From positions 1-30,359 of IMG/VR virus record IMGVR_UViG_3300025030_000335: 30,359 bases of DNA; one strand, 5' to 3'. Under the pieces are notes generated by a model. It had not been told where the DNA came from, did not search any database, and worked only from the letters and a program-made list of their open reading frames with translations. The position numbers and the translations under genes were made by a program. Shown piece by piece: positions 8,840 through 17,628 of this stretch; position 1 is the stretch's first letter, and every line of letters starts with the position of its first letter. The stretch is from a virus. Lineage: Duplodnaviria > Caudoviricetes.

Positions 8840-9487
8840 ATGTCTTTGATCGGACAAATCATTGCCGATGCTGCTGCACGATTGTTACTGGATGAGGCGA
8901 ATCTGCGCTATGCAGAGGCGGATCTGTTGAAGTGGATCAACCTGGGCCAGAATGCGCTGGTGGAGTTGAAGCCTAATGCGCTGGTTACTACGGGGCTGTT
9001 TACCCTGGCGGCCGGCACCAAGCAGACACTGTCGGCCGGGGATCTGGTGCTGGTGGATGTGATCCGCAATATGGGGGCTGATGGTGCTACACCGGGCGCA
9101 GCGGTTACGATCGTTGAGCGCAGCCGCTTGGATACGATCCTGCCGACCTGGCATGCGGCTACGCCGGTCAAGAGTATCAAGCATTGCATGGTGGATGCAC
9201 GCACGCCGAAGGTTTTCTATTGTTACCCTCCGGCTGACGGCACAACCAAGATTGAGATTGCCAAGGGTATTACACCTACTCCGCTGGCCAGTCTGGCGGC
9301 AGCGCTGCAGCTGGATGATATCTATGAGGGTGCGCTGCTTGATTACGTGCTGCACCGGGCTTATTCCCTGGATGCGGAGAATCCGGCCAATCTTTCCCGG
9401 GCTCAGACACATTATCAATCATTCGTGACGGCGCTGGGCGGGAAGATACAGGGAGAGTCGGCGGTATCGGCACGTAAAAAGAGCTAG
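8840..9487 (+). CDS. Podophage head-tail adaptor protein (DUF6682-like)
   Basis: AAGGAG SD. Motifs 'LLDE...RY....LL.WIN', 'L.AGTKQ.L', 'P.W', 'FYCYPP', 'ALLDYVLHRAY..DAE'. Confidence 0.75.
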   Translation: MSLIGQIIADAAARLLLDEANLRYAEADLLKWINLGQNALVELKPNALVTTGLFTLAAGTKQTLSAGDLVLVDVIRNMGADGATPGAAVTIVERSRLDTILPTWHAATPVKSIKHCMVDARTPKVFYCYPPADGTTKIEIAKGITPTPLASLAAALQLDDIYEGALLDYVLHRAYSLDAENPANLSRAQTHYQSFVTALGGKIQGESAVSARKKS

Positions 9488-9611
9488 CAGGTTGTTGAAA
9501 AACAGCCATCTCGCCGTCGTCCTCGGAAGCCACCTTGTGCGCCGTAGCGCTGCTACGGCTCCGCGGGACTTTCTCCGGGGAGCAACGATCTGACTATTTT
9601 TGAACAACCTG
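9488..9611. mobile_element. 124-bp MITE-like inverted-repeat element
   Basis: Terminal IRs CAGGTTGTTGAAAAACAGCCA / TGACTATTTTTGAACAACCTG (18/21 match). Central hairpin GCCGTAGC-GCT-GCTACGGC. No transposase. Confidence 0.75.
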
Positions 9612-9624
9612 GGGAGAGTCACAC

Positions 9625-11289
9625 ATGTTACGCTTTGCTTCCTTCAAGGGTATTGCCCCACGTATCAATCCCAGCAAATTGCCTGAGGGTGGCAGTCAGG
9701 AGGCGCTGAACTGCTTTCTTGCCACCGGAGCCCTGCGGCCATGGAATACGGCTGCGGCGGTTTCTTCTACCGGTATTTCCGGTACTCCCAAGTTTATCTA
9801 CAAGCATCCTGTTCACGGCTGGTACTTCGATCCCGCTTCCGGTGATATGATTCCCGGGCCGGTTTCGGCGGATCAGTGGGGCAGAACCTACTTTTTCAGT
9901 GACGCTACCGGTCCGACCCGGGCGCCGGTGTATTACACCAGCGATGATTACAATACGTCGTACCTGCTGGGGGTGCCTGCACCTGATGCCGCACCTGTTG
10001 CGGCTGCTGCCGGCACTGCTGTCCCTGATCCTCCCCTTGAAACATCCATTGAATCCCGCTCATATGTGGTCACTTACTTAAGCAAATATGGCGAGGAGGG
10101 GCCGCCTTCCCCTGCTTCGACAATCATCAACGTGGCGCCGGGGCAGTCGGTTAATCTATCGAGCCTGCCGATCGGTCCGACCGGCAATTACAACATTACC
10201 CAAAAGCGGATCTATCGCACCAATACGGGGTCTGATGGAGCGACGGCGTTTCAGCTGGTGGCGACCATTGCCGTGGCAACCACGACTTATGCCGATACGG
10301 TGGCGTCTGTTGACTTGGGGCTGGTGCTGCCTTCTGTTGAATGGCTGCCGCCGGTGGCGACGCTGCATGGTGCGGTGGAGTTGCCGGGTGGGATCATTGC
10401 GGCGTTCAGCGGTAAGGATGTGTACCGCTGCGTGCCGTACATGCCCCATGCCTGGCCGGTGTCGTCCCGGGTGACCATGGCGGATAATGTGGTGGCGCTG
10501 GGTGGCTATGGCAACAGCCTGCTGGTGACGACCGAGGGGCTGCCTTGTGTGATTACCGGGGACAATCCCGAGCGGCTGGAGAAGGGCACGGCCTGCGTTT
10601 CCAAGCGCTCGTTTGTGGATATGGGCTATTCCTGTATCTATGCCGGGCCTGCCGGGCTGGTGCTGGCCGGCGCCGGGGATATCAAGCTGTTGACAGAGGT
10701 GCTGTTTACCCAGGAGGAGTGGCTGAAGTTCTGCGACCCGACCACGATCCATGCCTATCAGTATGACGGCAAGTATGTGGCTTTTCATTCCACCGGCGCC
10801 TTTGTGCTGGACCCTGACAATCTGGACCTGACGCCGATCAACGTAAGCGCCAATGCGGGATTCTTCGACAAGAAAACCGGGGAGCTGTTTCTGTGCAGCG
10901 GTTCGACAACCACCAACTGGCACAAGGGGAGCGGCAAGTTATCCTATGCCTGGCGATCAAAGGTGGAGATTCTGCCGCGGCCGATTTCCTATAGTTTTGC
11001 CCAGGTGATTGCCGATGATTACACCAGCCTGACGCTGGAGATCTATTCCAAGTCGGGCCTTGCTTTGGATGCGGGCAAGATTGCCAAGCTTTCCACAATC
11101 TATGTGCCCAAAGGTTTTACGGTGGCCGCCGATGGGACGCTGAAATCGACCCATGTGGTGACCTCTGGGGAGCCGTTCAGGCTGCCGGCGGGGTTGCTTT
11201 CGGAGCGCTGGGAAATCAGGATCAGCGGGACCAGTACGGTGACGGCGGTGTATCTGGCAACAAGTGTGGAGGAACTGGCCAGTGTCTAA
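9625..11289 (+). CDS. Tail nozzle / tail tubular B-like protein
   Basis: 554 aa, beta-propeller-like. Motifs 'F.GIAPRI.P..LP', 'RSYVVTY....GEEGPPSPAS', 'PY.PHAWP', 'WRSK'. Follows the adaptor gene. Confidence 0.7.
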   Translation: MLRFASFKGIAPRINPSKLPEGGSQEALNCFLATGALRPWNTAAAVSSTGISGTPKFIYKHPVHGWYFDPASGDMIPGPVSADQWGRTYFFSDATGPTRAPVYYTSDDYNTSYLLGVPAPDAAPVAAAAGTAVPDPPLETSIESRSYVVTYLSKYGEEGPPSPASTIINVAPGQSVNLSSLPIGPTGNYNITQKRIYRTNTGSDGATAFQLVATIAVATTTYADTVASVDLGLVLPSVEWLPPVATLHGAVELPGGIIAAFSGKDVYRCVPYMPHAWPVSSRVTMADNVVALGGYGNSLLVTTEGLPCVITGDNPERLEKGTACVSKRSFVDMGYSCIYAGPAGLVLAGAGDIKLLTEVLFTQEEWLKFCDPTTIHAYQYDGKYVAFHSTGAFVLDPDNLDLTPINVSANAGFFDKKTGELFLCSGSTTTNWHKGSGKLSYAWRSKVEILPRPISYSFAQVIADDYTSLTLEIYSKSGLALDAGKIAKLSTIYVPKGFTVAADGTLKSTHVVTSGEPFRLPAGLLSERWEIRISGTSTVTAVYLATSVEELASV

Positions 11290-14200
11290 GCTCCCTGATA
11301 TCCCGACCATAGGAACCAATGAGGCATCGCCCAAGGTGCGCGGCATTTTCAACCTGCTGCGCGGGTATTTCGCCGGGGTTAATCAGGCGGGTGGATTGCC
11401 GACCGGCAATGACCTCAATCGTTCGATGCAGACGATTACCCTGAACAACACGACCCATGTGCCGCCTCAGCCGGTGGGGGTGGTGGCTACGGGCGGCTTT
11501 GCCAAGATTGTGCTGCAGTGGGACGATCCCCATTTTGAATACCTGGCCTACACGGAAATCTTTCGCTCTACGGGTACGGATGTATCTGCGGCGGCACGGG
11601 TGGGCACGACCAATGCCACGGTGTATTCGGATACTCCCCCGGCGCTTTCTACGTCCGTTGCCTATAATTATTGGGTGCGGCATATCAGTAATGATAATAC
11701 TCCGCAGGAAGGGCCGTTTTCTGCGATGGTGTCTGCGGCTACGGCTAATGATCCGGCGTACCTGCTGGAGGTGTTGACGGATCAGCTGACGGATTCGCAG
11801 TTGCATGCGGATTTGACGAGCCGGATTGATTTGATTGATACGCCTAGTACGGGGTTGGTGGCTTTGGTGGGTCAGGCCCAGGCGCAGATCACGTCGGTTA
11901 CGAATCAGCTGAATTCTCTGGTGATTGCAGATTTTGATGCAGCCACGGCGTATGTGATCGACAATACGGTCAAGTACCTTTCCAACGTATACCAGTGCAT
12001 CCAGAACACTACGCCACCTTCACCATTGCCGACTGATACGGATTATTGGGTGCTGGTGGGCGCTTTTGCCGGTGATGTTGCTGCCCAGGTGGCGGCTGAT
12101 GCGGCGGCTGCGGCAACCAGTGCCAGCGAAGCAGCCGGCAGTGCGGCGTCTGCTGTAACGAGTGCCAGCACGGCTACAACCAAGGCTACGGCGGCAGGTA
12201 ACAGCGCCACGGCGGCAAACAGTAGTGCCGTTGCGGCAGCGGCATCAAAGGATGCGGCGGCGGGAAGTGCGACTGCTGCGGCCGGAAGTGCATCATCCGC
12301 AGGGACCAGCGCCACCAACGCAGGGAATTCAGCCACGGCGGCGAGCGGCAGTGCGACAACTGCCACAACCAAGGCCGGTGAGGCCAGTACGTCAGCTGGT
12401 CAGGCTTCGACTTCTGCCGGCCAGGCATCAACGTCGGCATCCAATGCGGCTGGATCTGCTTCGGCTGCTGCTACGTCGGCCACGGCGGCGGCCACATCGG
12501 CAACCAATGCGGGTAACAGTGCGTCGGCTGCATCCACCAGCGCCAACACGGCCAGCACTAAGGCGGGGGAAGCCAGCACCAGCGCTACGGCGGCTGCGGG
12601 GAGTGCTACAACAGCCACAACCAAGGCGGGTGAAGCGAATACCTATGCCGGTCAGGCTTCGACCAGCGTCACCAATGCGGCGGGATCTGCCACAACAGCG
12701 GGAAACTATGCTAGTGCTGCGGCTACGTCGGCAACCAATGCGGGCAACAGTGCCACGGCTGCGGCCACCAGCGCTTCGACCGCTACCACGAAAGCCGGTG
12801 AAGCGGGGACCAGTGCGACAGCTGCAGCATCCAGCGCTACGTCTGCTTCTTCATCCGCTGCCAATGCCTTGACCTATAAAAACAATGCGGCACAGTCGGC
12901 TACCGATGCGTCAGGGTATGCTACGGCATCTGCCCAGGATTATTCGGCATTGACGGCCCGCCTGAATAATGCCGGCGGCACCGGTGTGACGGTGGAGGCA
13001 ATTTCTCAAGCTAATGCCGATTCAATCTCCGGCCTGAATGGTAAGTATACGGTCAAGATCGACATCAACGGTTATACGACCGGATACGGTATAGCCGCAA
13101 CTGCCAACAATGGAACACCTGTATCTGAGTTCATTTATGTGGGGAGCAAATTTCGTATTGCTCCGGTTGCGACCGATCCTAATGCAGCCGATGGTGCTCC
13201 ATTCTATCACCTGACTGTACCAAGCATTGTCGATGGTGTAACGATTCCGGCAGGGACGTACATGAAGAAGGCGTTCATTACGGATCTGACTTCGGTGAAT
13301 ATACGTGCGGCATCTATTGCGGTTGACCGCTTGTATTCCCCTTACGCTACCCTGGCACAAGCGATTATCGGGACCGGGCATATTACCAATGCGATGATTG
13401 GTAATACGATCCAGAGTACCAACTATGTGGCCGGGTCTACTGGGTGGAAGCTGGATAAGGCTGGTACGCTGGAGATAGGCAGCGGTGGGTCTATGCCGTG
13501 GGCGGGGGTGGTTGGTGCGGGGAAGCCTGCGGATAATGCTACGGCGGGCGCAGTACTTAATAAAAATCCGCAATGCTCAGATGCCGCCATGTGGACAGGT
13601 GGTGCGAACGGCACTGCTAATATTGTCACGGGGATCGCGGGCGGGGTGACAGGTAACACGGCAATCAGGGGAATCGAAGGAGGTGGTAACCATTGGACTG
13701 AATCGTGGGTAAATAAGTTTCCAATTGATCGCAGCCGAATCTATAAAATCTCCTGTCTGGCGCGGAAATCACAAGCGGGGACGGGTGGCACGCTATATCT
13801 CGGTCTTTATCACTTTGCTGCTGATGGTTCTGATTTGGGGTATGGGGGGTCTGACTATACTTATTGGACTGTAGGTGCCGGTGGGCTGACAACAGGGTTT
13901 ACCCGGCACTCGGTAACAGTTGCAGCCAACAGCTTGAAAGCTGGGGCGTCGTTTTCCGTGCCCCATGTAATTCCTGGATATTTAAGTACTAGCGGCTACA
14001 TAGAACTACAGGATGTCCGGGTGGAGGATATTACTGATGCGTACAATGCAGCACTTACAGCCAACTCGGCTGCATCCACCCTGTCAACCTGGACCCGCCC
14101 GAGTACTACCCTGATCGACGGTAATAAGATTTATACCGGTGATGCGTATGTGGATACGCTGCAGATTAAAGGGGATGCTGTAACAGTACCTTGGGCTGCT

Positions 14201-14596
14201 TCATACGATTCTCCTATTTTATATGACATATCAGAGAGTTCGTCGGGTAATATTCTTACTATTACAATAGATACGTACACTGCAAATAGACCTTTTCTTG
14301 TAACTGCTAGCGCTCGACTTGATACAAACTCTTCTACTGCATATTTTACTTGGTTTATGCTTAGATACGACACTACAATATTTCCTTTGGCCAGCCAAGG
14401 TGCATTCATATTTAACACAAATGGTGGTTTCAGAACTTCTGGCACACAACTCTCACACCTACTTCAATACGGATTACCTATAGGCACATACTCCTTTAGA
14501 ATTGATTTTATAATTAGAAACTCTGCAGGGGCCACGATAACAGTACCGCAAGCATTATTTGATTGCGTAATATCATGTAGAGGGACGAAACGATGA
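11282..14596 (+). CDS. Tail fibre / tail tip (host-specificity) protein
   Basis: GGAGGA SD before GTG 11282. FN3-like N-terminus, A/S/T coiled repeats, a lambda-J-like segment 'YTVKIDINGYTTGYG...SEF', a CBM-like insert and an AT-rich C-terminus. Confidence 0.85.
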   Translation: MSKLPDIPTIGTNEASPKVRGIFNLLRGYFAGVNQAGGLPTGNDLNRSMQTITLNNTTHVPPQPVGVVATGGFAKIVLQWDDPHFEYLAYTEIFRSTGTDVSAAARVGTTNATVYSDTPPALSTSVAYNYWVRHISNDNTPQEGPFSAMVSAATANDPAYLLEVLTDQLTDSQLHADLTSRIDLIDTPSTGLVALVGQAQAQITSVTNQLNSLVIADFDAATAYVIDNTVKYLSNVYQCIQNTTPPSPLPTDTDYWVLVGAFAGDVAAQVAADAAAAATSASEAAGSAASAVTSASTATTKATAAGNSATAANSSAVAAAASKDAAAGSATAAAGSASSAGTSATNAGNSATAASGSATTATTKAGEASTSAGQASTSAGQASTSASNAAGSASAAATSATAAATSATNAGNSASAASTSANTASTKAGEASTSATAAAGSATTATTKAGEANTYAGQASTSVTNAAGSATTAGNYASAAATSATNAGNSATAAATSASTATTKAGEAGTSATAAASSATSASSSAANALTYKNNAAQSATDASGYATASAQDYSALTARLNNAGGTGVTVEAISQANADSISGLNGKYTVKIDINGYTTGYGIAATANNGTPVSEFIYVGSKFRIAPVATDPNAADGAPFYHLTVPSIVDGVTIPAGTYMKKAFITDLTSVNIRAASIAVDRLYSPYATLAQAIIGTGHITNAMIGNTIQSTNYVAGSTGWKLDKAGTLEIGSGGSMPWAGVVGAGKPADNATAGAVLNKNPQCSDAAMWTGGANGTANIVTGIAGGVTGNTAIRGIEGGGNHWTESWVNKFPIDRSRIYKISCLARKSQAGTGGTLYLGLYHFAADGSDLGYGGSDYTYWTVGAGGLTTGFTRHSVTVAANSLKAGASFSVPHVIPGYLSTSGYIELQDVRVEDITDAYNAALTANSAASTLSTWTRPSTTLIDGNKIYTGDAYVDTLQIKGDAVTVPWAASYDSPILYDISESSSGNILTITIDTYTANRPFLVTASARLDTNSSTAYFTWFMLRYDTTIFPLASQGAFIFNTNGGFRTSGTQLSHLLQYGLPIGTYSFRIDFIIRNSAGATITVPQALFDCVISCRGTKR
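12090..12930 (+). repeat. Ala/Ser/Thr heptad repeats in the tail fibre stalk
   Basis: Recurrent 'SATNAGNSATAA..SA.TATTKAGEA.TSA' units. Confidence 0.8.
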
Positions 14597-15114
14597 ACAT
14601 TGCAGTATATGATATTAGTACATCTAGAATTATTCGACGATGTTTTATACCACATCCAATGTATGTAGAAACTCAGATACATACTGATAATGAAGAGTTC
14701 TACCTCAACTGCCCACCTGACGCTACCCACATCATCGACAATGAACCAGTCATTATCCCCCCTGATCCACCTACACTGGAAGAGGTGAAGGCTGCTAAAC
14801 TCGACGAGATAAACCGTGCACGGGATGCGCAGGAGCTCGCGGGATTTGAATACCTGGGCAAGATGTTTGATTCCGATGATAAAGCCATGAAGCGGATCGG
14901 GACGGCTGTTGGTGCGGCTCAGGTGTATCCGGCATTTACGGTGGAGTGGACCTGTGCGGATAACAGCACGATCACCCTGAATGCAGAGCAGATGCTGTTC
15001 ATGCCGGTGGCTATGGCACAGTACGGCAATGCATTGCATGTGAAGGCCCGGGAGCTGAAGGCGCTGGTTGAGGCGGCTGTTACGGTGGAAGAGGTAGAGG
15101 GGGTGTCATGGTGA
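14593..15114 (+). CDS. Tail fibre assembly-associated protein (DUF4376-like)
   Basis: ATGA overlap. 'LEEVKAAKLDEINRARD...GF.Y.G..FDSD...W..ADNS...L'. Confidence 0.8.
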   Translation: MNIAVYDISTSRIIRRCFIPHPMYVETQIHTDNEEFYLNCPPDATHIIDNEPVIIPPDPPTLEEVKAAKLDEINRARDAQELAGFEYLGKMFDSDDKAMKRIGTAVGAAQVYPAFTVEWTCADNSTITLNAEQMLFMPVAMAQYGNALHVKARELKALVEAAVTVEEVEGVSW

Positions 15115-15341
15115 AACGGTATGTGTTGAATGTGCTGCTGGGGGTGGATCGATTGTTTAATGCCGTTTTTGGTGGTGACAGCAAGGAGACGATCAGCACA
15201 CGGGTGTATCGGTATCGGGATGTACACTGGTGTGCGCGTCTGGTGTACCGATTTCTGAACTGGCTGGAAAAAGATCACTGCGAGATGGCTATCGCCTATG
15301 ATTACAGCGAGGATCATAACGACGACGAGGTGCTGAAATAA
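15108..15341 (+). CDS. Conserved small phage hypothetical protein
   Basis: 'LNVLLGVDRLFNAVFGG...ETIS.R...W...DHC' motif, common after tail fibre genes. Confidence 0.75.
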   Translation: MVKRYVLNVLLGVDRLFNAVFGGDSKETISTRVYRYRDVHWCARLVYRFLNWLEKDHCEMAIAYDYSEDHNDDEVLK

Positions 15342-15372
15342 ATGTTTCAGTCCTGTTAATGTTGTGCTAGAT

Positions 15373-15391
15373 GTTCAATATCATATTGAAC
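15373..15391. promoter_or_regulatory. Perfect 9-1-9 palindrome, candidate operator
   Basis: GTTCAATAT-C-ATATTGAAC in an AT-rich intergenic gap immediately before the SD. Confidence 0.5.
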
Positions 15392-15403
15392 TAGGTGGCG
15401 GCG

Positions 15404-15805
15404 ATGGTTGATCGGGATTTATACATGGAGATTGTGGATTTCCTGGTTTCGTCCGGTGGAGCGTATCGCTTACTGGATAGCGGTACCTGCCAGGAGGTGA
15501 TTGCGGCGCTTGATTCTGGCCGTTATCGCTTGATCCGCAATGAGCAGGGGGGTATTGCCAGCTTTACGACCTGGTGGATGATCCATGAAGCGGATTTGGA
15601 GCTGGTGAGGGATTGCGGCCGCCCGGCAGATGTTTCTTCCGGATCGATTGTGTACATTGCCGAGCATGCCGGGGTGGGTGCCTATCCTGATCTGATCCGG
15701 TTTCTCCGGGCAGAGGTGGCACAAAAGGGCGTCTGCTGGCATGACCATTTCTGGCGGCCCGAGTTGTTCCGGTATTTCCCCAAGAAGGAGGGGCAAAATG
15801 TGTAG
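15404..15805 (+). CDS. Putative HlyC/TAAT-like acyltransferase
   Basis: AGGTGG SD. 'GRYRLIRNEQGGIASFTTWW..E....DVSSGSIVYIAE..G.....IRFLR' resembles the RTX-activating acyltransferase pattern. Confidence 0.55.
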   Translation: MVDRDLYMEIVDFLVSSGGAYRLLDSGTCQEVIAALDSGRYRLIRNEQGGIASFTTWWMIHEADLELVRDCGRPADVSSGSIVYIAEHAGVGAYPDLIRFLRAEVAQKGVCWHDHFWRPELFRYFPKKEGQNV

Positions 15806-16391
15806 CGTTTTTCAGATATGGAATTTTTTGGCAAGGGTGCAGCAACGGCGCATCTGTTTTAAGGGCAGTAGTCCCAAAGTGAAGGAAACCGAAGCGCAGC
15901 GGGCGTCTGCTGATATTGCGCTGAAGAATTACAACGATTACATGACCACCATCCGCCCGGTGGAAGAGAAGTTTATCGACGATGTGACGGCTGATCCGGC
16001 CAACCGTCAGAGTGCGGTGGCCGGGCAGATCAATGCCGATGTGGCGCAGAAGGTGGGCACGCCTACTATTGACCCTAACCGGGGCATGGCTCCAGGCTCT
16101 GCAGTTTCCGTCGGCAATGTGCTGGCCGATGCGCAGGTGCGCGGAAAGCAGAATGTGGATACCCAGCGGCTGACGGGTATGCAATCTGTTGTTGATATGG
16201 GGATGGGCAAGGCTACGACGGCCCAGGTGGGTATGTCGGGGCTGGCGTCTCAATCGGTGGCCGGTGCGATCAATACCCAGAAGAACGAGTTGGATTCCTA
16301 TAATTCCACTATGTCGGCTGGCGCCTCTGGCGTGAGTGCCGCCGTTGGCATGGCAGAGAATCTGTACAAGGACGGTAAGGGGAAGGGGTAA
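15798..16391 (+). CDS. Putative ejection / internal virion protein
   Basis: AAGGAGG SD before ATG 15798. Leader ends in 'ICFKGSS'; helical, rich in Ala/Gln/Gly. Confidence 0.65.
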   Translation: MCSVFQIWNFLARVQQRRICFKGSSPKVKETEAQRASADIALKNYNDYMTTIRPVEEKFIDDVTADPANRQSAVAGQINADVAQKVGTPTIDPNRGMAPGSAVSVGNVLADAQVRGKQNVDTQRLTGMQSVVDMGMGKATTAQVGMSGLASQSVAGAINTQKNELDSYNSTMSAGASGVSAAVGMAENLYKDGKGKG

Positions 16392-16394
16392 GCC

Positions 16395-16895
16395 ATGGCA
16401 TACGATGAAAACGGCAATTATTACAAGAGCCCGGAAGAGATAGCCGAGGAGGCACGCCAAGCGACCATCAAAAGCCAGGCGGGCACCTATGTGAATGGCG
16501 TGTACCAGCCGCTGACCATGGGCACCGGCAGGACTGCTGCGGCCAATGCGACGGCTGCCGTGCTGCGGGGAAATTACGATAATTGGAAATCTACATATTT
16601 CCCGGTGCTGGAGGGTCTGCTGAACGAAACCACCTACAGCAATCCTGATCTGGTACAGAAAGAGACGGCGGCGGCAACAAAGCAGGTGGCCGGCGCATTT
16701 GGTGCGGCCCGTGCTGGTGCGGAAAACACCATGGCACGCTATGGGATGAAGCAGGATCCATCAACTGCATCGGCTACGGATCTGGCGGAGGTTGCTGCTA
16801 CGGTTGGCGCACAGAACCAGACCCGCATGTATCTGGCGGACCGTGACCGGTCGATTGCCATGGGCACGCCCCGGGCCGTTTCATCAACAACATAA
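16395..16895 (+). CDS. Putative internal virion protein
   Basis: Ala-rich helical ORF within the ejection cluster. Confidence 0.65.
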   Translation: MAYDENGNYYKSPEEIAEEARQATIKSQAGTYVNGVYQPLTMGTGRTAAANATAAVLRGNYDNWKSTYFPVLEGLLNETTYSNPDLVQKETAAATKQVAGAFGAARAGAENTMARYGMKQDPSTASATDLAEVAATVGAQNQTRMYLADRDRSIAMGTPRAVSSTT

Positions 16896-16910
16896 CAGGA
16901 GGTACACGAT

Positions 16911-17618
16911 ATGGCCGGGGTAATAGGTGCGGGACAAACACTGCAAAATTCAGCCTTTTCGGGGCTTTTGTCTGCCAGTCAGCTGGAACAGCAACGCGAG
17001 ATTGCCAACGGGAATCTGGAGGCGCAGGAAAAACAGGCATCCAAGGCCCGCACCGGGACGGCACTGGGTATTGCGGCATCGGCGGCAAAGCCGATTGCAG
17101 GGGCAATTGTGGGTGGCATGGCGCCGTCTGCTGCTTCGACGGCTGCGAGTACGATTGCCAGCCAGACGGCTGCGGCTTCGGCTAATACTGCGGCCGGTGT
17201 TGGTGCGAGTGGCGTCGGGACTATGGCGGCGCCTACGTCTATGGCGGCTAATGGTGCAGCTACGGGTTCAATGGCGGCAACGACCGGCGCAGCAACCACG
17301 GGAGCTGCGGCGACAGGTGCTGCGGGTGCTGCTGGAGCCGGCGCCACTGGAGCTGCCGGGGCGGGTGCTGCCGGTGGAGCTACGTCGCTTGCTGGTGCCG
17401 GGATGGCTACATCGGCACTGGGCACTACTGCAACGGCGTCTACCATTGGTGCGGCTTCCGGTGCAGCTGCAGGAGGGGCTGCTGCGGCAGGCGGCGGTGC
17501 TGCCGCTGGCGGGGCCATGGCCGGTGCCGGTGCTGCTTCGGTTGTGCCGGTTGTCGGCTGGGTGGCTGCTGCGGGGATGGCGATTTATTCACTCGGTTCG
17601 ATGTTTGATTGGTGGTAG
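16911..17618 (+). CDS. Gly/Ala-rich ejection (DNA transfer) protein with hydrophobic C-terminus
   Basis: AGGAGG SD. Low-complexity G/A/T region ending 'VVPVVGWVAAAGMAIYSLGSMFDWW'. Confidence 0.75.
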   Translation: MAGVIGAGQTLQNSAFSGLLSASQLEQQREIANGNLEAQEKQASKARTGTALGIAASAAKPIAGAIVGGMAPSAASTAASTIASQTAAASANTAAGVGASGVGTMAAPTSMAANGAATGSMAATTGAATTGAAATGAAGAAGAGATGAAGAGAAGGATSLAGAGMATSALGTTATASTIGAASGAAAGGAAAAGGGAAAGGAMAGAGAASVVPVVGWVAAAGMAIYSLGSMFDWW

Positions 17619-17628
17619 GGGGATAATC

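Noticed and set aside
12090-12930. CRISPR array or DNA-level repeat element
   Set aside because: Repeats are degenerate at synonymous positions and are protein-level; there is no repeat-spacer pattern.
14185-14596. Diversity-generating retroelement variable region
   Set aside because: No reverse transcriptase or template repeat is visible in the window.
16927-17628. N-terminal 234-aa extension of the 775-aa ORF
   Set aside because: Arg/Leu-rich shadow of the Gly/Ala gene; the real start is ATG 17629 with an SD.
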